DNA of 64,000 nt from Terriglobia bacterium (lineage in GTDB: Bacteria > Acidobacteriota > Terriglobia > 20CM-2-55-15): the NCBI GenBank assembly GCA_965198225.1, contig CBDAOY010000005.1, positions 32,001-96,000 on the forward strand. Direction: 5' to 3'. Position 1 is the stretch's first letter. Each line of letters opens with the position of its first letter. Of the stretch, positions 10,734-20,903 are shown in pieces. The position numbers and the translations under genes are program-made. A model generated the notes under the pieces. It was not told where the DNA came from and did no database searches. It saw only the letters and a program-made list of their open reading frames with translations.

Positions 10734-12308
10734 TTGGCGAGGCGTAAAGACAGAAGCAGCCGTCGGAGAAAATCGAGATTCGACCGCGCGATGGTCGACA
10801 GCACCGACCTCTTAAGCGAAGTCATCGCGGACATCGAATTCCCGATCCCCGCCGACGATTTTACGGTCTACGAGCTGGCACGGCTGACCGCGGATTACGA
10901 AACACCGCTGTTCAAGGACGAAGAATTCCGCCTTCTTCTCGAACAGGGCATTCGTCTCCACGTGGATTCCAGCGTCGAACTCCGGGCCCGGTTGGTAGAA
11001 CGACTGCGCGACGCAACCCCGGAAATGGATGCCGCAGCACGCAAGATCACGCTCGACGTGATCAGTGGCGTCGAAGATATCGAATTTCCCTTGTACAGGA
11101 TCGGAGCGGTCGTCAGCAGCTACACCAACCAACTGTTCCAGAAGCTGGAGGGCATGCCGGACTCGTCGGAGGCGGAAGACGAGGCCCGACGTCTGCTCGA
11201 AGAGTGGCGGGGCGGGAGGCTCGGACGCCAGACGATGATGGAAGAGCTGCGCGAAATTGGTCCCGGGGCAGTGGCGCCGGCAGCCGACCTGCTTTTCGAG
11301 TCGCCGGACGATCGAGCCGTTGCCGACGCCGCCCTGGAGCTCCTGTCGACACTGGAATCGAACACCTCGGCAAGGATACTGGCCTACCTGGTGTCGGAAC
11401 CCGTCCTCGAAGAGGAACAGGAAGAACGAGCCCAGCAGACGCTCGCCGAAATCTGGCCGACTCCCCTGCCCTACATTCTCTACAACCTCAAGAAGCACTC
11501 GCACGAGGACCTCCCATACCGCTGGTTCGAGCTGCTGGTCGCAACCGGATACACCAGGGCGGCTGACCGGATCCTGGAAGAGGTGGCCGTCCATTCCGGC
11601 CTCGAGCGCTTCAGGGAGGACCTCCTCTCGATTCTCTCGCTGCTGGAGGCCTCGAAAGATCCGGGCGTCGTCGGCAAGATCCTGCGGCTGATGACGGATG
11701 CGCGTACGACGGAACCTACTGTTCTGATCCTCGAAAACTGGCTGGAGGAGTCCTCGATGGCGGAAGAGGTCGAAGCCGGAATGGACCGGTGGAACGACGG
11801 GCGTTCCATCCTTGTCGCTCGTGACGAGGACTTCAATGCGTTGGTGTCTCGACAGCCTGAGCGCGGCTTCGATGAGTTGAGGCGGGATTGGAACGACGCG
11901 TTCCATGAGTCGCTCGGCTGGCAGCGGAGAAAGCAGTTTAAACGGGGCGCGCTCGAAGCCGAATTCGAGGAGCAGCTACAGGAAACGATGATGCGAGAAC
12001 TATCTCTCAATCCCAGGCACGACGAAGCCGAGTTGCAGGCGCAAATCGAGTCCTTCAGGGAAGACTGGCTGATGAGGCCGCGAGATGGGGTGATCCCGCT
12101 GGTCGCGATTTACCTGGAACGGCCGCGCGAGAACCCCTGGTTGGAGGAAATCTACTGGTGTGAGATCAACGGCTGGTATGCGAAGGCCGCTCAGTTCTTC
12201 GACCAGGGTATCCGCAGCAAAGCCCGCCAATACCTGGATATCGTCCTGCAGATCGAGTCAGAGTACCCGCTTGCACGAACGCTGGACAAGGCGCTTGGCC
12301 ACGAGTGA
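10734..12308 (+). CDS. Hypothetical alpha-helical (HEAT/TPR-like) protein
   Basis: 524-aa acidic helical ORF with genome-like codon usage. Its stop codon lies inside the TIR of the downstream MITE. Confidence 0.7.
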   Translation: MARRKDRSSRRRKSRFDRAMVDSTDLLSEVIADIEFPIPADDFTVYELARLTADYETPLFKDEEFRLLLEQGIRLHVDSSVELRARLVERLRDATPEMDAAARKITLDVISGVEDIEFPLYRIGAVVSSYTNQLFQKLEGMPDSSEAEDEARRLLEEWRGGRLGRQTMMEELREIGPGAVAPAADLLFESPDDRAVADAALELLSTLESNTSARILAYLVSEPVLEEEQEERAQQTLAEIWPTPLPYILYNLKKHSHEDLPYRWFELLVATGYTRAADRILEEVAVHSGLERFREDLLSILSLLEASKDPGVVGKILRLMTDARTTEPTVLILENWLEESSMAEEVEAGMDRWNDGRSILVARDEDFNALVSRQPERGFDELRRDWNDAFHESLGWQRRKQFKRGALEAEFEEQLQETMMRELSLNPRHDEAELQAQIESFREDWLMRPRDGVIPLVAIYLERPRENPWLEEIYWCEINGWYAKAAQFFDQGIRSKARQYLDIVLQIESEYPLARTLDKALGHE

Positions 12309-12574
12309 CCTGTAACAGTGCTATCGGTACCAGCGTTCGGCCCAACGGCGTCGGATTCTAGGAGTGACGCCCGAGCCAATGCTGTTTCATTGCGAGGGCG
12401 TTACGACACCGAAAACGGCGCCGTTGGGCCGAACCCTTCGGGCCGATGGGGGTTGCGGGCGATCTCTTTGTCGGAAGCCGTCACCGATGAAAGAGCATCG
12501 CTTTCCGTCTCCCTCCTCGACCTTGCCCGCAAGACCCATCGGCGATGGTGCCGATACCACTGTTACAGGCCACT
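12304..12574. mobile_element. 271-bp MITE-like element, copy 1
   Basis: 32-bp terminal inverted repeats, 28/32 match (AGTGACCTGTAACAGTGCTATCGGTACCAGCG / CGATGGTGCCGATACCACTGTTACAGGCCACT). Homologous to 19101-19371. Confidence 0.8.
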
Positions 12575-12727
12575 ATAGCGGGCCGTCAGAAGTCGCTGCA
12601 GGATTTGAAGTACCCGCATCTCGGGCAGTTCAGCTTGCACCGGTCCTGATCCATCTCCGCGTCGCAATTCGGGCAGGTCCGTTCGATCGCCTCCTGGTCG
12701 GGAACGGCCCCATGGTCTGTTTCCATC

Positions 12728-13609
12728 TTAACCCTCCACTAGCGTCGGGGGCCGGTCGGCGGCGGACAGGACCACTCCGCTAAAGATCAGCACACCTGAA
12801 AGCGCCATCGTCCACGTCAGGGTCTCGCCGAGGATCGGAACGGCCAGGAAAGCCACCATTACCGGCTGCAGGCAGATGTACACCGCGACGAGGGTCGAGG
12901 ATGCCTTCTTCAGTACGAATCCGGTGAGAAAATAAGCGAGGATACTTGTGAAAACGACCAGGAACGCGATCGATGCCCAGGTCAGCGCGCTCAACGAAAG
13001 AAAGCTGGTCCGGGCGACATCCCCCCATGCGAACGGCAGCATCACCACGGACCCGAAGGTAAAAACCCATGTCACCACCGTCAAGGGATGGTAGCGGGAC
13101 ATGATGTTGCGGGCCAGGACGAGGTAGAGGGAGTAGGCGAACGCGGCGCTGAGCAGCAACACATTACCCACGCCGTAGGTAGAATCGAAGGAAATCGAAC
13201 CTGGACCGGCCAGGACGAACACTCCGGCGAAAGCGAGGACGACGCCGAGAGTTTTCCCCACACTCGTTGCTTCGCGACCCAGCAGGAGAGCGATCACAAA
13301 AGTAAAGACAGGAATCATTCCGATCAGAATCGTCGCGTTGATCGCCGTCGTCAACGAAAGGCCGTGCAGGTAACACAGCTGGTTGACGCTGGCGCCGAAA
13401 ACGCTGAATATCGCCAGCCGGCCGTAGTCGGATAGCTCCACTCGATCGGGCGAGGCCACGAAGAACCATACCAGCAGGATGAAGGCGGCGAGCGCGAGCC
13501 GGACCCAGGCGAGCGACCATGGCGAGATTTGTCGGAAAGCTATTATTGAAACAACCGGGGACACGGCAAAGATCACCTGAACGGCTAGAAGATAAAGATG
13601 CGTCGCCAT
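12728..13609 (-). CDS. DMT/EamA family transporter
   Basis: About 10 TM helices in two EamA-like repeats (GLSLTTAINATIL, LLLGRE, PILGETLT). Confidence 0.9.
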   Translation of the reverse strand: MATHLYLLAVQVIFAVSPVVSIIAFRQISPWSLAWVRLALAAFILLVWFFVASPDRVELSDYGRLAIFSVFGASVNQLCYLHGLSLTTAINATILIGMIPVFTFVIALLLGREATSVGKTLGVVLAFAGVFVLAGPGSISFDSTYGVGNVLLLSAAFAYSLYLVLARNIMSRYHPLTVVTWVFTFGSVVMLPFAWGDVARTSFLSLSALTWASIAFLVVFTSILAYFLTGFVLKKASSTLVAVYICLQPVMVAFLAVPILGETLTWTMALSGVLIFSGVVLSAADRPPTLVEG

Positions 13610-13674
13610 TGGATACCGGATGACTGCCGCCTGGGAAACAGAGCGAGGTAGTGCAACGCGGCCTTTGACCGCAC

Positions 13675-13699
13675 AAAAAAAGGCGCTCGTGGAGCGCCC
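13675..13699 (-). terminator. Rho-independent terminator
   Basis: Minus strand reads GGCGCTC-CAC-GAGCGCC-TTTTTTT, just downstream of 13724-14356. Confidence 0.75.
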
Positions 13700-13723
13700 T
13701 CGCCGACGAAAGTCTTCTCGCCC

Positions 13724-14356
13724 CTACAAGTATTTGTCGTCCTGCTGCTGATCATCCGGCTGTTCCTTCCCAAAGTACTCGGCCAGATGACCCAGGATTG
13801 CTGCAGCGTCTGCAGGGCGGCCTTCAAAGGTTGTGATGCAACGCGATCTTCTCCACCCCTTGCCGTGTTTGACACCAATAATGATGTACTGATCGAAGAA
13901 TCCGGTGTCTTTCAGAAAACGAACTGCCGATTCGGGTGTGAATTCATTCGTTCGGAATTCGCAGACGCTGACAAGGTCCCTCAATCGTTCCGTCTGTTCG
14001 GGCTCGAACGTTTCCATGAAAGGCTCCAGCCCGTGAACTTCGCATTTTGCCGGAGCCTGGCCGTCTGCCGACAGAGCCTCCAGCTGCGCGCGCACAAACT
14101 CACCGAGAGCACAGTCGACGAATCCTTCGATGACAGGGCCGGTTCTCGGATGCGACAACGAGAAGACGCCATCTCGCGGGATCACCTTTCCAGCGTCATC
14201 GACCGACGCGAGAAGCGCGGCTTCCTCCAGCGTCGGAAACTGAAAGGTAATCGGCCGGATGGTGGTTCGGCGGTTACGAACGCCAGCGTCAAAAACTGTG
14301 TTTCGGATACGGAACCGTAACTCGACCATCAGCTGCCTCCCATGATATTCCTCCAT
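13724..14356 (-). CDS. Hypothetical protein
   Basis: 210-aa ORF followed by a terminator. No recognised motif. Confidence 0.65.
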   Translation of the reverse strand: MEEYHGRQLMVELRFRIRNTVFDAGVRNRRTTIRPITFQFPTLEEAALLASVDDAGKVIPRDGVFSLSHPRTGPVIEGFVDCALGEFVRAQLEALSADGQAPAKCEVHGLEPFMETFEPEQTERLRDLVSVCEFRTNEFTPESAVRFLKDTGFFDQYIIIGVKHGKGWRRSRCITTFEGRPADAAAILGHLAEYFGKEQPDDQQQDDKYL

Positions 14357-14486
14357 TTATGCTGGAGAGAGAGGACAAGAGTGGTCCCACACATCGATTG
14401 TCCCCCAACGGGTTTGAATCGCGCGTGGACACATTTCGCCTGAGCAGCCCGTTTGTTAAGATCTTCGATGTCGATGGGCTGCTGAC

Positions 14487-14708
14487 ATGAAGACCTTCAC
14501 CGATAGGGAGCGCCTGCTGATTCAGAAGCTCAGGAACCTCTCGCCGCAGGCGACGCTGCACCTGAGGGAGCCTTGCCCGAGTCATTCCTTCTGTGTACCT
14601 CTTCCGCTATTCAGTTTGTATCGCGTGGACGAAGAAACTTTCGAGGCCGAGTGGAACGACCATCATCGGAGTGGGCCTACGCAAATTTTTCGCTTTTCGG
14701 AAATTTGA
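14487..14708 (+). CDS. Small hypothetical protein
   Basis: 73-aa ATG ORF divergent from 13724-14356, ending just before a REP doublet. Confidence 0.4.
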   Translation: MKTFTDRERLLIQKLRNLSPQATLHLREPCPSHSFCVPLPLFSLYRVDEETFEAEWNDHHRSGPTQIFRFSEI

Positions 14709-14717
14709 GGAATGAAA

Positions 14718-14784
14718 TGTAGGTGCGGTCTATGACCGCACACTGTTCGAACAGAAACATGTGCGCTCATAGAGCGCACCTACA
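14718..14784. repeat. GTAG-type REP doublet (REPIN)
   Basis: GTAG-GTGCGGTC-TAT-GACCGCAC followed by inverted GTGCGCTC-ATA-GAGCGCAC-CTAC. Partial copies near 14911 and at 15063-15082. Confidence 0.85.
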
Positions 14785-15085
14785 CCCCCTCCGAGAGTCT
14801 CGCTTGACCCCGGCACCGAGACCTCTTCGGGGACTTGAACGCTGCGCCTATTGATTCGAACAGGCTCGTCTCGTACAGAGGGGTTCCCTGCAGATGTTTT
14901 GGACACCAATGGTCTATGACTGCACACTGTTCTGGCCAAGGATGGCGTGGGGGGACCGGACCAACTGTCTTTCTCTGTGAACCCACGCACGGCAATTCGG
15001 TCAGTGAACGTTCAGTCTTTCGTCGTGAGGGGGACGGTGGGCCCGACGCTAATAGATGGTTCCGCTCATAGAGCGCACCTACACT

Positions 15086-15949
15086 TCACCGCACCAGGTA
15101 GCCGTCGCGGGCACGGATCTTCAAATCTCTACCGGGAACCTCGACACGGATCGAGTGGTAACCGCTTTCGGCGGGGGCGTGGTATCCAAGATAGTATTGG
15201 TTGCGTAGCTCGCGACGGATTCCGCTCAGTGCCTCCGCGACAGCATCGTCCTTTCCGATGTGCGTGACGCTGCCGCCGGTCATCGACGCCAGACCCTGGA
15301 TCGTGTGCATGTCGATCAGGACACGGGGTCCGATGGCAATGAAATACAGCAACGCCATGCTGCTCTGGGCCTCGTCGACTACCACACCGTAGCCGTACTC
15401 GCTCCGGTTGTCGTTACCGTCGGAAATGACGATCAGCGCCTTGCGTTGGTGGCTGCCGGTGCGCACCTTACCGATTCCCTTATAGAGCGCGTCGTAAAGA
15501 ACGGACGTCCCCCACGAACGTAGACCGTCGAGCCGTGCCGACAACGCTTCCCTTTCATGCCGGAAGTCATGGATGACATCCGCCTCGATCGCAAACGACA
15601 TCACGAACGTTTCATCGTCCGCCCTCAGACCGCCCACAAACTCCTCGACACCGAGCTTCACCGAGCTCAGAACGTCGGCGGAGCTCCCGCTGTTGTCGAT
15701 CAGAACGCCCACGCTGGTATCGACTTCATCCTGCTTCTCAAAAACCTCGATCGGTTGCTGTCGATCGTCGACGAGCAGAACGAAATTCCCCCTGTCGAGA
15801 TCCGTAACGAAATTACCCGCATCATCCTGCGCGGTAACGAACACGCTGACAAGGTTGACATCGACCTTCAGCGTCTGCTGTAGAGGCAGTAGCAGGGGGA
15901 GCAGTGCCAGAACGGACAGTCGACGTGCAGAGCTCGCCATGCGGTTCAA
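15086..15949 (-). CDS. VWA domain protein (Acidobacterial VWFA-related type)
   Basis: LKVDVNLVSVFVT, DNSGS MIDAS motif, TSVLYDAL, ISDGNDN, ELRNQYYLGY. Confidence 0.9.
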   Translation of the reverse strand: MNRMASSARRLSVLALLPLLLPLQQTLKVDVNLVSVFVTAQDDAGNFVTDLDRGNFVLLVDDRQQPIEVFEKQDEVDTSVGVLIDNSGSSADVLSSVKLGVEEFVGGLRADDETFVMSFAIEADVIHDFRHEREALSARLDGLRSWGTSVLYDALYKGIGKVRTGSHQRKALIVISDGNDNRSEYGYGVVVDEAQSSMALLYFIAIGPRVLIDMHTIQGLASMTGGSVTHIGKDDAVAEALSGIRRELRNQYYLGYHAPAESGYHSIRVEVPGRDLKIRARDGYLVR

Positions 15950-18900
15950 TAAGCCTCCACACTCCGGAGAGTCCTGTAAATCGTCGTATCGGTCGGGAAA
16001 ATTCGGGCGCCTTTCAGCAACACTCGTTCCGCGTCATCCCAACGCTCGTCGGCTATGTACAGATTCGCCAGGCGGGTGTAGATCGCGACGTCGCGATCCA
16101 ATGCATAGACGGTCAGGATTTCCAGATGATCGATCGCCTGAGGAGTGTCGCCCTGCCCCTCCAACACCTCCGCCAGACGTATCCGCGCCAGGTAGGAATA
16201 AGGTTCTAGATCCAGAGCGGTGTGCAGGGCTTCGAGAGCCTCATCGTAGCGTTCCGCGGCGACGAGGTACTCGCCGAGCAACGCCCAATAGAAGGCAATC
16301 GGATTGGGTGAAGTCTGGATGTACTGTTCCATCCACATCACCGCTTGATCCCACTGTCTGGACAAGGCACTCAGCTCGGCAAGCTTGCGGAAGGATTCGA
16401 AGCGCGTCGGATCAGCCGATATGATTTGAGTGTGATGCCGCACGGCCTCGGAACGGTCCCCGGTCCTCTCCCGAAGCAGCGCCCACAACTCCTCCCGCTC
16501 GATCGCGAAACGGTCGGGATCGAGCGCCAGCTCTTCGGCCTGTCTCAGCGCGTCTTCGGCGTCGTCATACTGCGAGGAGTCGATATTCAGCCGCGCCATG
16601 GCGATGTAAAGGCTGGCTTCGACTTGACGTTCCAGCAGGGCGAGCTCACGAACAGCCTGTCCGGCGAACAGAGACTCCCCCATCTCGATCAGGGGCTTCA
16701 TGACTGCAACGTACGCGCGTTCGCGGACCTCCTCGGGTAACTCCGGGGGGAAGAGGTCGGACTTGTAATCCTGGAGCAGCTCCATGTTCAGATCCCACGT
16801 CTGAGAGAACAGGTTGCGCGGCGCGTGAAACTCGAGCAATGGATGATCGTCGGTGTTGCGCAGCGCCCCGGCTGAGAATCCCCGGACCTGAGCTGATGAC
16901 ATGACGTAGTGCGCATAGAGTCCCATCGGGTCGTCCAGCGCCAGGTGCTCGCGGAAGTCTCTCCGCACGGTCTCGTCCGAAGCCAGAAGACGATCCATCC
17001 GATCCGCATCGATGTGTAACGGCTGGCGACTCCCGAGCAGCACGATGTCTCCAACACCCATGTCCCACACCGACACCTCCGGAAACTGGCGCTGGAACTC
17101 CGCGAGGACCATACGGACATCGTCGGGTGAAAGCTCGTAGAGCTGAAGCCATTGAGCAAACACGCCGTCCGGATTGAGGGCAGATGCCGCCCGTTCGTAG
17201 AATTCCGCGGTAAAGAGACTGCCGACTCCGGCTATCCAGGGATTGGACGGCTCCGAAATGATTATGTCGTACGTGTTCTGGCTGATGTTGAGGTAGTTGC
17301 GGGCATCCCCGTAGATGATGTCGACCTTCGGATGGTCATAGCTCCTCCGGTTGACCTCATCAAACCAGTGACCGGCGCCGACCACTGCGGGCTCGATCTC
17401 GACACACTCGACACGCTGCACCTGCGGAAAAACCGTGGCGGCCCCTGCACTGACTCCACTGCCGTAGCCGACGACAAGGATGTTTTCCGGGGAGGGATGA
17501 TGAAGCCCCGGAAGGTAGGCCAACAGCAACTGCGTCGTCATGTCTTCTCCATTCGAGGCATCCACCTTCCCGTTGGTTCGCAGGCCGACGTAGTTGTTTC
17601 CTCGACGGACAGAAATACTGGCGTTGTTGCCCTCAGCCCAATAGACGATGTCGGTGTCGGTGTAGTGCTCGTCGATCTTGAGCTCTGGACGTGACTCGAA
17701 CTGCCTGGCATAGATCAGGACACCCCGGTCCAGGGAGTTCGGGCTCCAGAAGAGCCCGCCGCTCATCGACACCGTCGCGACGAGCAGAAGGCCGACGGCA
17801 ACCCACCGCGCAACCGCGCCCCTCCCCTTCTCTTCCGCCAGCAGAAGGAGCGCTATCGCGGAGTTCAGGAACAGTCCGAAAAGGATCGTCCGCTCGGTGC
17901 CGATGACCGGGACCAGGATGAAGCCCGCCAGGAGGGAACCGAAGATCGCTCCGACAGTGTTGATGGAATACACGCCGCCGATCCGGCGGCCCAGAAACTC
18001 CATCCGGTTGGAAAAGAGCTGGCCCGCGATCGGAAACGTCGCTCCCATGAAGAAGGTTGCCAGGATCATGAGTGCCGAACACACGATGAACTGGACCGTA
18101 AGGATGGCGGGGAACGAATAATACAGCGCCCGGATCAGGGCGACCAGCAGGTAAGGTGCAACGAGATAGCCCAGGAGAAACACGACGCCGCCGATAGCTA
18201 TGGCCAGCTGAAAGAACCCGAGCAGTCGAATGCTGGCGCTGGGGCGAAAACGGCTTGCCCACGAACTCCCGACAGCAATGCCGACAAGGAAGGTCACCAG
18301 CATGATCGCGAACGCGTAGGTCGAACTGCCGATCACGGCGCTCAGCGCCCGGGTCCAGGCCACCTCGTAGATCATCGCAGCGAACCCGGAGATCGCCAGC
18401 GTCAACAGGAGGAGCCGATCCGAGGCCCGGTCCACGACGGTCTCGCCCGGTTCATCGAGGGACACATCGTAGACTTCGGTCCCAGACTTCTGACCGAGAT
18501 CCAAACGGATCGCAACCAGGCCGATCGTGACGTTCATCGAGGCGATCCAGATCGTGGTGGTCTGATTGCCGAGACCCGGGATCAGAACCAGAGCCGCGAG
18601 GAGCGTTCCCGCCGCTGCGCCGAACGTATTCAGGGCGTACAGCGTCCCGAGCTTCGACTCCACCTCATTGACCTGCCTGACGAAAAAGCGGGCCAGGATC
18701 GGCAGCGTTCCACCCATCAGAAACGTCGGGACTAGCATGATGACGAACGAGGTTGTAAACCGGACCAGCCCTTCGGCTCCCGGAACCGCCGACAGGCTGG
18801 GCACCAGACCCCAGTAGAGGGTGTCCATGCCCCGAAAAGCAGCCGGGACCAGGGCCGCCGAAATCCCGATCCCTATCTCGAGGACCCCGTAGAGCCGGAG

Positions 18901-19098
18901 CGGTCGGGCATTCCTGTCCGAATAGGAACCGAGCACCCAACTTCCCAGCGCAAGCCCTGCCATGAACGCCCCGAGCACCGTCGCGATCGAATGGGAGGTG
19001 TTGCCGAAGACCAGACCGGTCAACCGAACCCAGATGACTTCATAGACAAGTCCGGTGGCGCCCGATAGGAAGAAGATCAGGTAGAGGATTCGGGTCAT
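15946..19098 (-). CDS. Fused MFS-like membrane domain / spermidine synthase with C-terminal TPRs
   Basis: SGATGLVYEVIW TM repeats; SAM-binding motifs VVGYGSG, VEIEPAV, DARNYL, YDIIISEPSNPW. True start is probably ATG 19098 (MTRILYL), since the longer ORF start lies inside the MITE. Confidence 0.9.
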   Translation of the reverse strand: MTRILYLIFFLSGATGLVYEVIWVRLTGLVFGNTSHSIATVLGAFMAGLALGSWVLGSYSDRNARPLRLYGVLEIGIGISAALVPAAFRGMDTLYWGLVPSLSAVPGAEGLVRFTTSFVIMLVPTFLMGGTLPILARFFVRQVNEVESKLGTLYALNTFGAAAGTLLAALVLIPGLGNQTTTIWIASMNVTIGLVAIRLDLGQKSGTEVYDVSLDEPGETVVDRASDRLLLLTLAISGFAAMIYEVAWTRALSAVIGSSTYAFAIMLVTFLVGIAVGSSWASRFRPSASIRLLGFFQLAIAIGGVVFLLGYLVAPYLLVALIRALYYSFPAILTVQFIVCSALMILATFFMGATFPIAGQLFSNRMEFLGRRIGGVYSINTVGAIFGSLLAGFILVPVIGTERTILFGLFLNSAIALLLLAEEKGRGAVARWVAVGLLLVATVSMSGGLFWSPNSLDRGVLIYARQFESRPELKIDEHYTDTDIVYWAEGNNASISVRRGNNYVGLRTNGKVDASNGEDMTTQLLLAYLPGLHHPSPENILVVGYGSGVSAGAATVFPQVQRVECVEIEPAVVGAGHWFDEVNRRSYDHPKVDIIYGDARNYLNISQNTYDIIISEPSNPWIAGVGSLFTAEFYERAASALNPDGVFAQWLQLYELSPDDVRMVLAEFQRQFPEVSVWDMGVGDIVLLGSRQPLHIDADRMDRLLASDETVRRDFREHLALDDPMGLYAHYVMSSAQVRGFSAGALRNTDDHPLLEFHAPRNLFSQTWDLNMELLQDYKSDLFPPELPEEVRERAYVAVMKPLIEMGESLFAGQAVRELALLERQVEASLYIAMARLNIDSSQYDDAEDALRQAEELALDPDRFAIEREELWALLRERTGDRSEAVRHHTQIISADPTRFESFRKLAELSALSRQWDQAVMWMEQYIQTSPNPIAFYWALLGEYLVAAERYDEALEALHTALDLEPYSYLARIRLAEVLEGQGDTPQAIDHLEILTVYALDRDVAIYTRLANLYIADERWDDAERVLLKGARIFPTDTTIYRTLRSVEAY

Positions 19099-19100
19099 CA

Positions 19101-19371
19101 AGTGGCCTGTAACGGAGCTATCGGTACCAGCGTTGCGGCGGAACGGCACCGGATTCTAGGAGTCGACGACGAGGTAATGCTCCTACATTGCGAGGAGGAG
19201 CGACAACGAAGACGGTGCCGTTCCGCCGCAACCCTCCGGGCCGATGGGGGTTGCCGTCGATCTCTTTGTCGTTCGTCGTCTTGATGAAACCGCATCAACT
19301 CCTCCTCTCTCCTCGACCTCGACTGGCAAGACCCATCGGCGATGGTGCCGATAGCTCCGTTACAGGCCACT
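19101..19371. mobile_element. 271-bp MITE-like element, copy 2
   Basis: 32-bp TIRs with 30/32 match. Same length and internal homology as 12304-12574 (e.g. GGGCCGATGGGGGTTGC, GCAAGACCCATCGGCGATGG). Confidence 0.82.
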
Positions 19372-19419
19372 AGGTCTCAGGTTAAAACAGGATCGGGCGA
19401 GTGTAATCGAAAATCGCGC

Positions 19420-20238
19420 TCAGACGGCAGGTTGGTCCAGCGAATCCGGATCGGCGTAGGCGCTTGTAGCAGGTTGCTGAGGAAGGCGTATCGCGAAGGT
19501 CGTGCCCGGGGGCACGCTGGCAACCGTGATCGCCCCTTTCAGATCCTCCACGACGATTCGACGTGTAATGTAGAGTCCCAGTCCCGTTCCCGAGTTCCCT
19601 TTCGTCGTGAAAAACGGTTCGAACACGCGATCGCAGTCCTCTTCGGGAATCCCCCTGCCGGTGTCGGAGATCTCAATGCGGACGGCATCGGACTCGGTGC
19701 CGGCGGTGACCTTGAGGTTCCGTTGGGGACAGTTCACCATCGCATCGGCGGCGTTCTGAAACAGGTTGATCAAAACCTGGACGAGGAGATTCCGGTCGAC
19801 CGAGACCGGTCGCATCTTCGGTTCATTGTCGAATTCGAAAGAAACCGTCCTCAGGCTCAAGTAAGGTCTGACGAAGCGGTACGCGTCGTCGACGATCTCG
19901 CTGATGTCACACCGCTCGACCCTGGACGACGGCTTTCGGCTGAAATCGAGCATCCGTGATGCCAGGCGCCCGATTCGATCGGACGCGTCATTGGCCGCCC
20001 TCAGGTTGTCACGCAAAGGGTGATCGCGGGGGATCTGCTCGTCGATCAGACGCAGATGACCCTGGATGAGCATCAGAGGATTCGAAACGTCGTGGGCGAA
20101 GCAGGCCGCAAGTTCACCGATCATGACAAGCCGGGAGAGATGGATGAGCCTTTCTGCCTCGCCCGCGTCATCGACTGCGGGTCCTACGGACGCGCCCTGG
20201 CCTGTGAGTCGATCCATCCACCAACTCGGATAGTTCAT
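19420..20238 (-). CDS. Histidine kinase without a sensor domain (HisKA + HATPase_c)
   Basis: H-box FAHDVSNPL, N-box NLFQNAADA, G1 DTGRGI, F-box FEPFFTTK, G2 GTGLGL. Confidence 0.9.
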   Translation of the reverse strand: MNYPSWWMDRLTGQGASVGPAVDDAGEAERLIHLSRLVMIGELAACFAHDVSNPLMLIQGHLRLIDEQIPRDHPLRDNLRAANDASDRIGRLASRMLDFSRKPSSRVERCDISEIVDDAYRFVRPYLSLRTVSFEFDNEPKMRPVSVDRNLLVQVLINLFQNAADAMVNCPQRNLKVTAGTESDAVRIEISDTGRGIPEEDCDRVFEPFFTTKGNSGTGLGLYITRRIVVEDLKGAITVASVPPGTTFAIRLPQQPATSAYADPDSLDQPAV

Positions 20239-20903
20239 CTGCGAAGTTTCTTTCTCATCCTGTTCAGTACTGCCTCGATGCCCGACACGCTCAGGTCGAA
20301 ACCGGGAAACGCCGACAGCTCAGAAGCGGTAAAACCGTCCATGTAGTGCAGTTTGAATATCAGCAGATTGCGTGTGGCGTTCTTGCGATCTTCATCATTG
20401 TTGAGCACGCGTTCAACGTCGATCCAGGACAGGAGGGCCCCGACCGACTTCGCGTCCAGATCGGTGCCGTCGACACGGGCGTTCTCTATCATTTCCTTGG
20501 CATGGTCTATCGAAATCACTTGTGCCTGCCTTTTCTCGGCCATCTGATACCGAAAGTGATCGGACACAACACTCGCGGCGACCCGGGCCAGGAACGCTTT
20601 GACGGAAAACTCAGTCTGACCCCGGAACGATTGCAGCATCCGACCGTCGTTCTTAACAAGACGGACATACACTTCCTGTGCCAGATCGAGGATGACCTCC
20701 CTTAGCGCATCCTGTTGTCCCCTGGAAATGCGGCACGCACGGAGCAGGTATAGGAAGATCCGGCGTTGGAACCGCTTCTGGAACTCCTCCCACAGTTCCG
20801 GATCGGTCAGGCGATTACCGCATTCACGCAGGAGGTCCGGAGAAGCGACGTCATCGAGCTCCTTCGGACCCAGCTGTCGAACTACACTAGTCATCAGTGT
20901 CAC
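20235..20903 (-). CDS. ECF (sigma-70 family) RNA polymerase sigma factor
   Basis: Region 2 (WEEFQKRFQRRI, DLAQEVYVRL, FLARVA...DHFR) and region 4 (FKLHYMDGFTASEL...NRMRKKLRR). Confidence 0.85.
   Translation of the reverse strand: MTLMTSVVRQLGPKELDDVASPDLLRECGNRLTDPELWEEFQKRFQRRIFLYLLRACRISRGQQDALREVILDLAQEVYVRLVKNDGRMLQSFRGQTEFSVKAFLARVAASVVSDHFRYQMAEKRQAQVISIDHAKEMIENARVDGTDLDAKSVGALLSWIDVERVLNNDEDRKNATRNLLIFKLHYMDGFTASELSAFPGFDLSVSGIEAVLNRMRKKLRR

Noticed and set aside
14785-15060. Possible ncRNA or tRNA between REP copies
   Set aside because: No cloverleaf or recognisable riboswitch. It contains degenerate REP pieces and is best explained as a decayed repeat mosaic.
19099-19149. N-terminal extension MPFRRNAGTDSSVTGHL of the spermidine synthase fusion
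   Set aside because: It is derived from the MITE terminal repeat.
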